Assembly (NCBI GenBank): GCA_034420495.1
Contig: DAOULG010000183.1
Span: 1 to 33,930, forward strand
Direction of reading: 5' to 3'
DNA length: 33,930 nt
Source: Dehalococcoidia bacterium
Lineage (GTDB): Bacteria > Chloroflexota > Dehalococcoidia > UBA2979
Program-made: the position numbers and the translations under genes
Part shown: in pieces, positions 16,734-24,676 of the stretch
How the letters are laid out: every line of letters begins with the position of its first letter
Position numbering within the stretch: position 1 is the stretch's first letter
The notes under the pieces: model-generated
Seen by the model: the letters and a program-made list of their open reading frames with translations, nothing else
Database searches by the model: none
What the model was told of the DNA's origin: nothing

Positions 16734-17690
16734 GTGAAGGGATGCCCACCGCCCGTGCTGCTGATCCGCGAGGAATTGCGCCGCGGGTTCCCCCCCGGCG
16801 AGAGCGCGATCACGTTGGGCGTCTTCGACGGCGTCCACCGCGGTCACGGCGCGCTCGTCGACCGGCTGCGCCGCGAGGCGGGATCGCGGGGGCTGTCGCC
16901 CGGGGTGGTGACCTTCCACCCGAGCCCGATCTCGGTGCTGCGGCCCGACATCCCGCTCGCCTACCTCGAGTCGCTCGAGCGCCGGGTGGAGCTGCTCGGC
17001 GAGCTCGGGGCCGAGTTCGTGACGGTGGTGAGCTTCACCTCGGAGCTGGCGCAGGTCAGCGCCGGGGAGTTCGTGCGGCTGCTCGCGGAGGAGGCGCGCG
17101 TCCGGCTGGTGGTCGTGGGAGGCGACTTCGCGCTGGGCCGCGGGCGCGAGGGGACGGCGGAGCGACTGGCTGAGCTCGCCGCGCCGCTCGGCATCGAGGT
17201 CCTCACCGTCGGGCTCGTCGACGACGACGGGAGCAAGGTCTCCTCCACGCGCATCCGCCAGGCGCTGGCCGCGGGGGAGATGGAGGAGGTCGCGCGGCTG
17301 CTCGGGCGCCCCTACTCGCTGCGCGGCCCCGTGCTGCGCGGCGACGAGCGCGGGCGCCGGATCGGGTTTCCGACGCTGAACATCGGCGTCGGCCCCGACC
17401 GCGCGCTGCCGCCCAACGGCGTCTACGTCTGCCGGGCGGCCGTCGGCGGGGCGCACCACGACGCCGTCACGAACATCGGGGTCCGGCCCACCTTCGACGG
17501 GACCAGCCGGCAGGTCGAGACGCACCTCCTCGACTTCTCGGGCGACCTCTACGGGGAGCACGCCTCCATCGACCTCCTGCACCGGCTGCGGGAGGAGCGG
17601 CGCTTCCCCGGTCCCGACGGCCTGGTAGCGCAGATCACGCAGGATGTCGCCGAGAGCCGCCGCTACCTCTCCTCGAGGGTGCCGGCGTGA
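16734..17690 (+). CDS. ribF: bifunctional riboflavin kinase / FAD synthetase
   Basis: 318-aa ORF with the GVFDGVHRGH nucleotidyltransferase motif and the RIGFPTLN kinase motif. The start is uncertain; GTG 16734 and in-frame GTG 16755 are both possible. Confidence 0.9.
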   Translation: MKGCPPPVLLIREELRRGFPPGESAITLGVFDGVHRGHGALVDRLRREAGSRGLSPGVVTFHPSPISVLRPDIPLAYLESLERRVELLGELGAEFVTVVSFTSELAQVSAGEFVRLLAEEARVRLVVVGGDFALGRGREGTAERLAELAAPLGIEVLTVGLVDDDGSKVSSTRIRQALAAGEMEEVARLLGRPYSLRGPVLRGDERGRRIGFPTLNIGVGPDRALPPNGVYVCRAAVGGAHHDAVTNIGVRPTFDGTSRQVETHLLDFSGDLYGEHASIDLLHRLREERRFPGPDGLVAQITQDVAESRRYLSSRVPA

Positions 17691-18937
17691 GCCGGCGCAT
17701 GGCCCCGGTCGAGGAGCAGCTCGACGTGCTGCTGCGCGGGACGGAGTTCGGCGACGAGCAGACGCGGCGGGTGATGGAGGCCGAGCTTCGCGACCGGCTC
17801 GAGGAGGATCGGCCGCTCCGCGTCTACTGCGGCTACGACCCGACCGCCGTCGACCTGACGCTCGGCCACACGCTGACGATGCGCAAGCTGCGCCAGTTCC
17901 AGGACCTGGGACACGACGTCACCTTCCTCGTCGGGACCTTCACCGCCCTCGCCGGAGGCGACCCCTCGGACAAGGACAGGCATCGCCCGATGCTGAGCGC
18001 CGAGCAGGTGCGCGCCAACGCCGACACCTACCTCGCGCAGGCCTTCCGCATCCTCGACGGGGAGCGCACGACGGTGCGCGAGAACGTCGAGTGGCTCGCC
18101 GACCTGCGCTTCGAGGAGGTGCTCCGGCTCTGCTCGCACTTCACGGTCGCGCAGTTCCTCGACCGCGAGAACTTCGCGCGGCGGTGGGAGCGCCACGATC
18201 CGATCCACCTCTCGGAGCTCCTCTACGCGATCCTGCAGGCCTACGACGCCGTCGCCCTTGAGACCGACGTCCAGGTCGGCGGGTCGGAGCAGCTCTTCAA
18301 CCTGATGGCGGGCCGGACGCTGCAGCGCGAGTTCGGGCAGAGGCCGCAGGTCGTGCTGACGGTGCCGATCCTCGTGGGGACCGACGGCCGCCTCAAGATG
18401 TCGAAGACGACCGGCAACTACATCGGCGTCGACGAGCCTCCCGCCGAGATCTACGGCAAGGTGATGTCTATCCCCGACTCGGTGATCGGCGACTACTTCA
18501 CGCTGCTGACGCCGCTCTCGCCCCGGGAGGTCGCGGCGATCCTGCGGCGCGTCGAGAGCAGGGCGCTCCCCGCGATGGAGGCGAAGAAGCGGCTCGCGCA
18601 CGCCGTCGTCGCCTCGCTCCATCCGGAGCAGGCGGCCGACGAGGCGCAGGAGTACTTCGAGTCGACCGTCCAGCGCCGCGAGATCCCCTCCGAGATGCCC
18701 GAGTACGCGCTGGGCGGGGGGGCGCCGGCGGGGGCGCGCTCGCTCCACCGCGTGCTCGTCGCCTCCGGGCTCGCCGCGAGCAGCGCCGAGGCGAAGCGGC
18801 TCGTGGCGCAGGGCGCGGTCTCCGTGAACGGGACGCCCGTCTCCGAGGCGACGCGCCCGCTCGCCGCCGGCGACGAGCTGCGGGTGGGCCGGCGGCGCTT
18901 CCTGCGGATCGTCGCCGGGGCGGGGCGCGACGCCTGA
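17687..18937 (+). CDS. tyrS: tyrosine--tRNA ligase with a C-terminal S4-like domain
   Basis: 416-aa ORF with a class-I HIGH-type motif (DLTLGH), a KMSKT loop and a C-terminal S4 fold (LVASGLAASSAEAKRLVAQGAVSVNG). GTG 17687 overlaps the ribF stop (GTGA), so there is no room for a T-box leader. Confidence 0.9.
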   Translation: MSRRMAPVEEQLDVLLRGTEFGDEQTRRVMEAELRDRLEEDRPLRVYCGYDPTAVDLTLGHTLTMRKLRQFQDLGHDVTFLVGTFTALAGGDPSDKDRHRPMLSAEQVRANADTYLAQAFRILDGERTTVRENVEWLADLRFEEVLRLCSHFTVAQFLDRENFARRWERHDPIHLSELLYAILQAYDAVALETDVQVGGSEQLFNLMAGRTLQREFGQRPQVVLTVPILVGTDGRLKMSKTTGNYIGVDEPPAEIYGKVMSIPDSVIGDYFTLLTPLSPREVAAILRRVESRALPAMEAKKRLAHAVVASLHPEQAADEAQEYFESTVQRREIPSEMPEYALGGGAPAGARSLHRVLVASGLAASSAEAKRLVAQGAVSVNGTPVSEATRPLAAGDELRVGRRRFLRIVAGAGRDA

Positions 18938-18984
18938 GGTGGTAAGGTACGCGCGCATCCGGCGTGTGGTGGCGGGGGCCGCAG

Positions 18985-19470
18985 ATGCTCGATGGCGGGT
19001 TCGACGTCGACGTCGACCACATCTCCGGGACGATCGCCGAGGCCGAGGTCCTCTGCCTCTACTTCCCGCTGCTCCGCACGACCCTGCTCATCGACACGCG
19101 CACCTCCGCGGGCGTCCCTCCCCTGGTGCGGCTGGTCCCGATCGCGGCGAGCACCGGCGAGCGGCTGCGCTCGCTGAGGCGCCTGCGGCCCCAGCTCCCG
19201 CGCCCTGACTCCATCACGACGATCCTCTGGACCCGCCGCGTGGCGGCCGTGCGCCGCCTCGGGGTCTGGGGATGCCTCCTCGATCGCCTCTCCGCGACCG
19301 GCGACGTTTCGGTGACGGAGCGCGCCGAGGTCTGCCTCGACGAGCTCGCCCTGCGCGAGAGGCGCGAGCTGAGGCGCGCCCTCACCGGCGAGCAGCACCG
19401 CACGCTCTGGGGGCGCCCCGGCGCGGGAGACGCGGCCGCCGTCGGGGCCGGAGACGACCCGATCCCGTAG
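18985..19470 (+). CDS. hypothetical protein (161 aa from ATG 18985; track ORF begins at GTG 18964)
   Basis: GC3 is almost all G/C in this frame over the whole length. The composition is not the Arg/Ala/Gly/Pro noise of spurious ORFs (it includes I, L, D, T, W and C). I recognise no motif. Confidence 0.5.
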   Translation: MLDGGFDVDVDHISGTIAEAEVLCLYFPLLRTTLLIDTRTSAGVPPLVRLVPIAASTGERLRSLRRLRPQLPRPDSITTILWTRRVAAVRRLGVWGCLLDRLSATGDVSVTERAEVCLDELALRERRELRRALTGEQHRTLWGRPGAGDAAAVGAGDDPIP

Positions 19471-19501
19471 GAGCCCCGGCCGCTCCGGGCGGCGCCCTCC
19501 C

Positions 19502-21550
19502 CTAGGCCTGCGCCGCGGCGAGCTCCCGGAGAACCTGCTCCTGGACGTGGGCGGGGACGTCGGCGTAGCGCGCGAACTCCAGCGAGAAGCGGCCGCGCGC
19601 GCCGGTCAGCGCCCGCACGTCCGCGGCGTATCGCTGCACCTCGGAGAGCGGCGCCTCGGCGGTGACGGCGGAGAAGACCCCGTCCGGCTCGACGCCGTGG
19701 ACCTGCGCCCGACGCCCGTTGAGATCGCTCATCACGTCGCCGAGATTGTCGCTCGGCGTGCGGATGACGAGCCGCACGATCGGCTCGAGCAGCTGGGGCC
19801 GCGCGTCGAGGATCCCCTGCCTGAGGGCCTGGGAGGCGGCGATCTTGAAGGCCATCTCCGATGAGTCGACGGAGTGCGAGGAGCCGTCGAGCAGCGTCAC
19901 CCTGAGGTCGACCACCGGCGAGTGGGCGACCGGGCCGTCGGGGAGGGTCTCGGCGATCCCCTTCTCGACGGCGGGGATGAACTGGCGCGGCACGTTGCCG
20001 CCGACGACCTTCTGGGCGAACTCGAAGCCGTCGCCCCGCGTGAGCGGCTCGAGCTGGATCACCACGTGCCCGTACTGGCCGTGGCCGCCGGTCTGCTTCT
20101 TGTGCTTGTACTCGGCGCGGGCCGGGGAGCTGATCGTCTCCCGGTAGGGGACGCGCGGCACCGCCATCTCGACGTCGACGCCGAAGTTCTGCGCGAGCCG
20201 GTCGGAGACGTCGGCGACCTGCGCGTCGCCCAGGGTGAGCATCACGAGCTCGGCGGTGTCGGGGTCCCGCTCCACGTGGATGGTGGGATCCTGCTCGCGG
20301 ATGCGCGCGAGGGCGGTCGAGAGCTTGTCGACGTCCGACTTCGTGCGCGGCTGGATGGCCGTGCGGTAGGCGGGGACCGGGAACGGGATGGCGGCGGCGC
20401 GCACCGGCTCGGCCGGAGAGCCGACGAGCGAGTCCCCGGTGAGGGTGTGCTGGAGCTTCGCGGCGACGCCGATGTCGCCGGCGACGAGCGCGGGCACCTC
20501 GATCTGCTCCTTGCCCCGCTGCATGTAGAGGTGGCCGAGGCGCTCCGTCTCCCCGCGCTGCACGTTCAGGGGGTGCGCGTCGGCGCTCAGCGTGCCGGAG
20601 AGGACGCGCAGGAAGGTGAGGCGCCCGACGAAGGCGTCGGCCGTCGTCTTGAAGACCTGCGCGACGACCGGGCCGTCCTCCGTCGTCACGATGCTGCCGT
20701 CCTCCGTGGCGTGCTCCCGCCCGAGGGGCGCGGGGGCGTAGCCCGCGACCGCGTCGAGGAGCGCGGCGATCCCGATCCCCTCCTTCGCGGAGGCCGGGAC
20801 GACCGGGATGACCTGGCGGGAGGCGACCGCGGCCCCGAGTGCGGCGGCGAACTCGGCGGGCGTGATCTCCTCGCCCTCGAGGTAGCTGGTGAGGAGGTCG
20901 TCGTCGGTCTCGGCGACGGCCTCCATCAGCTGCTCGTGCGCGGCCTCGATCTCGTCGGCGAGGTCGGGGCTCGCGTCGGCGTCGTCGCCGCCGCTGCCGT
21001 CGCGCGCGCGCCCGCTCACGAGATCGACGATCCCGGAGAACGACGCCGCCTGGCCCACCGGGATGGCGAGCGGGACCAGGCGCTGACCGAAGCGCTCGCG
21101 GAGCGAGTCGAGCACGCGCCCGAAGTTGGCGTTCTCGCGGTCCATCCGGTTCACCACGACGAGGCGCGGCAGGTCGGAGCGCTCGGCGTGCTCCCAGGCG
21201 ACCTCCGTCCCCCCCTCGATCCCCGACACGGCATCCACGACGACGAGCGCCGCGTCGGCCGCGTGCACGCCGCAGGCCACGTCGCCCTCGAAGTCCGGCG
21301 AGCCGGGCGTGTCGATCACGTTGATCCGCGTGTCGCTCCACTCGACGGGGAGCATGGCGAGGGAGATCGAGTAGCGGTGCCTGTGCTCGAGCGGGTCGAA
21401 GTCGCCCACGGTGCTCCCGGCGTCGATCGATCCCGCCCGGTCGATCGCGCCCGACTGGAGGAGCATCGCCTCGCCGATGGTGGTCTTCCCGGCGCCGTGA
21501 TGCCCGAGCAGAACGACGTTCCGAAGCTGTCCAGAGCCATACGCCCGCAT
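19502..21550 (-). CDS. elongation factor G paralog (EF-G-2-like translational GTPase)
   Basis: This is the in-frame 682 aa of track ORF 19502..21766. The start is placed at ATG 21550 (MRAYGSGQLRNVVLLGHHGAGKTT), preceded by GGGGGGA. GTPase motifs are GHHGAGKT, DTPG and NRMD, and the EF-G domain II-V architecture is full length. Confidence 0.88.
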   Translation of the reverse strand: MRAYGSGQLRNVVLLGHHGAGKTTIGEAMLLQSGAIDRAGSIDAGSTVGDFDPLEHRHRYSISLAMLPVEWSDTRINVIDTPGSPDFEGDVACGVHAADAALVVVDAVSGIEGGTEVAWEHAERSDLPRLVVVNRMDRENANFGRVLDSLRERFGQRLVPLAIPVGQAASFSGIVDLVSGRARDGSGGDDADASPDLADEIEAAHEQLMEAVAETDDDLLTSYLEGEEITPAEFAAALGAAVASRQVIPVVPASAKEGIGIAALLDAVAGYAPAPLGREHATEDGSIVTTEDGPVVAQVFKTTADAFVGRLTFLRVLSGTLSADAHPLNVQRGETERLGHLYMQRGKEQIEVPALVAGDIGVAAKLQHTLTGDSLVGSPAEPVRAAAIPFPVPAYRTAIQPRTKSDVDKLSTALARIREQDPTIHVERDPDTAELVMLTLGDAQVADVSDRLAQNFGVDVEMAVPRVPYRETISSPARAEYKHKKQTGGHGQYGHVVIQLEPLTRGDGFEFAQKVVGGNVPRQFIPAVEKGIAETLPDGPVAHSPVVDLRVTLLDGSSHSVDSSEMAFKIAASQALRQGILDARPQLLEPIVRLVIRTPSDNLGDVMSDLNGRRAQVHGVEPDGVFSAVTAEAPLSEVQRYAADVRALTGARGRFSLEFARYADVPAHVQEQVLRELAAAQA

Positions 21551-21578
21551 CGATGTCCCCCCTGCCGAGTGAGCGCGC

Positions 21579-21608
21579 ATCGTACTGTGCCGCTCGCCGA
21601 GCCCACAA
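21579..21608 (-). promoter_or_regulatory. candidate promoter TTGTGG-N18-TACGAT for the EF-G paralog
   Basis: Read on the minus strand, the -10 TACGAT is at 21584-21579 and the -35-like TTGTGG at 21608-21603. The -10 ends 28 nt upstream of ATG 21550. Confidence 0.35.
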
Positions 21609-21862
21609 CGGCGGCCCGCGGGGCGGCGGGACCCTCCGGCGGCGCGCCCGGGGCGAGTCGCGCCGCCGTGGGCGGCGCCGCGATGAATCCGCGGCGCGGC
21701 CGTCGAGCGTATAGCGTAGTGGGCGGGTTCGGATGAGGCACCGGAGGGGATTTGGCGGCACCCCATCCGCCCCCGCCCATACTACCCCCCGCCGCGGGCC
21801 GGTCGACCCGGGAGGGACGAGCGGTCGCCTCCTCGGCGCCGCCGGGCCTGTATGGTGGCGCC

Positions 21863-22030
21863 ATGTGTGACGCGGGCGGCGGCCGCCGCTGGCCCTTCAA
21901 CGCGCTGTCGAACTGGCGCACCTACGACGCGCCGTTCCGGGTCAAGCTCCGCCTCGCGGCGCGCAACAACTGGCTGAAGATCGCGCACCTCTCGCGGTGC
22001 TGCGGGAACGGCGGCGAGCCGGGCTGCTGA
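21863..22030 (+). CDS. small (55 aa) cysteine-rich protein of unknown function
   Basis: The sequence is MCDAGGGRRWPFNALSNWRTYDAPFRVKLRLAARNNWLKIAHLSRCCGNGGEPGC. By my count 54 of 55 codons end in G/C. The composition is N/W/K/F/Y-rich, unlike GC-noise ORFs. There are four Cys (C2, C46, C47, C55). The track ORF 21752..22030 extends upstream from TTG, but that part is Pro/Ala/Gly noise. Confidence 0.6.
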   Translation: MCDAGGGRRWPFNALSNWRTYDAPFRVKLRLAARNNWLKIAHLSRCCGNGGEPGC

Positions 22031-22103
22031 GGGGCACCGCCGCGGGCGCCCGGTCCGGGCGCGACGGAGTAGGCCGGCACCGCGGCCGGAGGCGGTGGAG
22101 AGG

Positions 22104-22130
22104 GCCGGGCAATCCCCTTCGGGGCCCGGC
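22104..22130 (+). terminator. GC-rich hairpin GCCGGGC..CCC-ttc-GGG..GCCCGGC after the small ORF
   Basis: Hand pairing gives a 7-bp outer stem, a 4-nt bulge and a 3-bp inner stem with a TTC loop. There is no U-tract. It is 24 nt upstream of the acyl-CoA dehydrogenase ATG, so it could equally be a processing or regulatory structure. Confidence 0.3.
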
Positions 22131-22153
22131 GCTCGCGCGGGGGGCGGGATGCG

Positions 22154-23374
22154 ATGGAGTGGCTGGACAGCGCCGAGGAGGCCGCATTCCGCGCCGAGGT
22201 GCGCGGCTTCCTCGAGAGCGAGCTCCCGGAGCGCTACCGGAGGCTCGCCGGGCACAACCGCATCGTGCGCCGGGTATGGCAGAAGGACCGCCTCGCCGCG
22301 GAGCCGGGGCGGCGGGAGGCGGCGCGCCGCTGGGCAGGGGCGCTCGCGGAGCGGGGCTGGTTCGCGCCGCACTGGCCGCGCGAGTACGGCGGCGCCGGGC
22401 TCGGCCCGGCGGAGCAGTTCGTCTTCAACGAGGAGATGGCCCGCGTCGACGCCCCCTCCGTGCAGGGAGTGGGCGTCGGCTTTCTCGGCTCCGCGCTGAT
22501 CATCCACGGGACGGATGAGCAGAAGCGGACGCACCTGCCGCGCATCCTGGACGGCTCGGTCGTGTGGGCTCAGGGATTCTCGGAGCCGGGCGCCGGCTCC
22601 GATCTCGCCGGTCTCACGACCCGCGCCGTCCGGGACGGGGACGAGTACGTCGTGAGCGGGCAGAAGATCTGGACCTCCGACGGTCACGAGGCGGAGTGGA
22701 TCTGCGTTCTCGCGCGCACGGATCCCGATCTTCCGCGCCACCGCGGGGTCTCGTTCCTCCTCGTCGACATGCGGCAGCCGGGGATCGAGCTCCGGCCCCT
22801 CATCAACCTGAACTGGCGTCACGCCTTCAACGAGACCTTCTTCGACGACGCGCGCGTTCCCGTCGCCCACCGCGTGGGCGAGGAGAACCGGGGCTGGTAC
22901 GTCGCGATGACCGTCCTCGACTTCGAGCGCTCGAACGTCGCCGGAGCCGTCGAGGCCCGGCGGCTCCTCTCGCGCCTGATCGCCGACGCGCTGGGGGAGG
23001 GCTCCGGCCGAGCGCGCCTCGCCCGGCTCGACTCCCTGCGCCAGCAGATCGCGCAGCGCTGGGTGGAGGCGGAGGTGCTCTACGGCTTCTCCGCCCAGAT
23101 CATCTCCATCGAGAAGGCGGGCCGGGTTCCGAACCACGAGGCCTCGGTGTCGAAGGTCTTCGGATCGGAGCTCGCGCAGGCCATCGCGCGGACCGGCGCC
23201 TCCGCGTACGGGCTCTACAGCCTGCTCTGGGACCCCGACGACGCCCGCTCGCCCCTCGAGGCCTTCTTCGCCCAGGCCTATGTGGAGAGCCTCTCCCGGA
23301 CGATCGCCTCGGGGACCTCCGAGATCCAGCGCAACGTGATCGCCACGCGCGGCCTGGGCCTCCCCCGCGGCTAG
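22154..23374 (+). CDS. acyl-CoA dehydrogenase family protein
   Basis: 406-aa ORF with the motifs HWPREYGGAG, GFSEPGAGSDLA, DGDEYVVSGQKIWTS and C-terminal GTSEIQRNVIATRGLGLPRG. It is a paralog of the ORF at 29881..31086. Confidence 0.9.
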   Translation: MEWLDSAEEAAFRAEVRGFLESELPERYRRLAGHNRIVRRVWQKDRLAAEPGRREAARRWAGALAERGWFAPHWPREYGGAGLGPAEQFVFNEEMARVDAPSVQGVGVGFLGSALIIHGTDEQKRTHLPRILDGSVVWAQGFSEPGAGSDLAGLTTRAVRDGDEYVVSGQKIWTSDGHEAEWICVLARTDPDLPRHRGVSFLLVDMRQPGIELRPLINLNWRHAFNETFFDDARVPVAHRVGEENRGWYVAMTVLDFERSNVAGAVEARRLLSRLIADALGEGSGRARLARLDSLRQQIAQRWVEAEVLYGFSAQIISIEKAGRVPNHEASVSKVFGSELAQAIARTGASAYGLYSLLWDPDDARSPLEAFFAQAYVESLSRTIASGTSEIQRNVIATRGLGLPRG

Positions 23375-23425
23375 GCGCCCCTCCGCCCGCGCGCGGGCTC
23401 CCGCACGGATGCGATCCGGCCGCCG

Positions 23426-23451
23426 GCACGGGCCGCCCGGCGGGGCCGTGC
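23426..23451 (+). terminator. GC-rich hairpin (GCACGG...CCGTGC) downstream of the acyl-CoA dehydrogenase
   Basis: A 6-bp perfect stem, extended imperfectly, with no U-tract. This is a weak call given the GC content. Confidence 0.2.
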
Positions 23452-23480
23452 GCCCGCCGCGCTGGCGCCGCCCGGATCGC

Positions 23481-23580
23481 AGTCAGTACTGATGAACGTT
23501 ATTAGTCTGCACTAATCTAGACTCATAGGCTACACGGTAGTACCGTCTTCGTACACACACATATCAGTCTTTCGCGTGAA
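23481..23580 (+). promoter_or_regulatory. AT-rich (about 43% GC) promoter/operator region with three palindromes upstream of the iron-type binding protein
   Basis: Hand count gives 43 G+C in 100 nt, against roughly 70-75% for the rest of the window. The palindromes are TCAGTACTGA (23483-23492, perfect), ATTAGTCT-N10-AGACTCAT (23501-23526, 7/8) and ACGGTA-G-TACCGT (23534-23546, perfect). There are several TAnnnT hexamers, and a GGAGG RBS at 23582-23586. Confidence 0.55.
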
Positions 23581-23591
23581 CGGAGGCGAGA

Positions 23592-24671
23592 GTGATGCGG
23601 GCACTGATGCATGCGTGCGCGGCGGCGGCGCGGAGGGATCGCGCTCCCGGCCCCGGGAGGCTCCGCCCGGCAGGGGTGGTCGCGCTTCTCTGCGCGGCCG
23701 CGCTGGCGCTGGGCGCTGCGGCTTGCGGCGACGGGGAGAGCGACTCCCTCACCGTCTACTCCGGCCGCAGCGCCGAGCTGGTCGGGCCGCTCCTCGAGCG
23801 CTTCGCGGAGGAGCAGGGCGTCGAGATCGACGTGCGCTACGCCGGGACCTCGGAGCTCGCCGCGCTCCTGCGCGAGGAGGGCGAGCGGAGCCCCGCCGAT
23901 CTCTACCTCGCCCAGGACGCCGGAGCCCTCGGGGCGGTGGAGTCCGCCGGCCTGCTCGCCCCGCTGGACGAGGAGCTGCTGGCCCGCGTCGACCCGGCCT
24001 TCCGCTCGCGGTCGGGCCGCTGGGTCGGGCTCTCGGGGCGGGTGCGCGTCGTCGCCTACAACACGGAGGCGGTCGCGCCGGACGACCTCCCCGGCTCCAT
24101 CCTCGACTTCGCCGATCCGCGCTGGGCCGGGCGCATCGGCTGGGCCCCCCAGAACGGCTCGTTCCAGGCATGGGTCACCGCGCTCCGCGTGACGCAGGGC
24201 GAGGAGGCGGCGCGGGCGTGGCTTGAGGCGATGCGCGCCAACGGCGTCGCCTCGTACCCGAACAACACCTCGATCGTGCAGGCCGTGGCGAGCGGGGAGA
24301 TCGACGCCGGGTTCGTGAACCACTACTACCTGCACCGCTTCCTCGCCGAGTTCGGCGACTCCTTCGGTGCCCGCAACCACTACACGGCGCCCGGCGACGT
24401 CGGGACGCTCGTCAACGTGGCCGGCGCCGCGATCCTCGAGAGCTCCGGAGAGCACGAGCTCGCCGGGCGCCTGATCGCCTTCCTCCTGGGCGAGGAGGCG
24501 CAGCGCTACTACGCGGAGGAGACCTTCGAGTACCCCCTGGTGGCGGGGGTGCCGGCCTCCGCCGACCTCCGGAGCATCGCCGAGCTGAGGCCGCTGGAGG
24601 TCGACCTGGGCCGCCTGGAGGACCTGGAGGCGACGCTCCGGCTGCTGCGGGAGGTCGGCGCGCTCCAGTAG
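23592..24671 (+). CDS. iron(III)-type ABC transporter substrate-binding lipoprotein (FbpA/AfuA/FutA-like, SBP family 1)
   Basis: 359-aa ORF with a signal sequence ending in the lipobox-like LGAAAC. The mature part has LTVYSGRS..L..F....G..V, YLAQDAG and the NHYY tyrosine pair typical of ferric-ion binding proteins. The start is GTG 23592 or ATG 23595. Confidence 0.8.
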   Translation: MMRALMHACAAAARRDRAPGPGRLRPAGVVALLCAAALALGAAACGDGESDSLTVYSGRSAELVGPLLERFAEEQGVEIDVRYAGTSELAALLREEGERSPADLYLAQDAGALGAVESAGLLAPLDEELLARVDPAFRSRSGRWVGLSGRVRVVAYNTEAVAPDDLPGSILDFADPRWAGRIGWAPQNGSFQAWVTALRVTQGEEAARAWLEAMRANGVASYPNNTSIVQAVASGEIDAGFVNHYYLHRFLAEFGDSFGARNHYTAPGDVGTLVNVAGAAILESSGEHELAGRLIAFLLGEEAQRYYAEETFEYPLVAGVPASADLRSIAELRPLEVDLGRLEDLEATLRLLREVGALQ

Positions 24672-24676
24672 GGGAC

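Noticed and set aside
21721-21735. tRNA-like T-arm sequence GGGTTCGGATGAGG. Other GGTTCG occurrences are near 4727, 5841, 7600, 16559 and 18996.
   Set aside because: None has the GGTTCGAATCC-type loop with a matching acceptor or anticodon stem context, and all but one lie inside well-supported coding regions. I could find no tRNA or rRNA gene.
21752-21862. Upstream TTG-initiated part of track ORF 21752..22030 (MAAPHPPPPILPPAAGRSTREG...).
   Set aside because: It is Pro/Ala/Gly-rich low-complexity sequence overlapping predicted RNA stems. The coding-like composition begins only at ATG 21863.
23502-23520. Calling TTAGTCTGCACTAATCTAG a bona fide IdeR/DtxR iron box.
   Set aside because: It matches my remembered consensus at only 12 of 19 positions. 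It is kept as a hypothesis inside the finding, but not annotated as a defined IdeR site.
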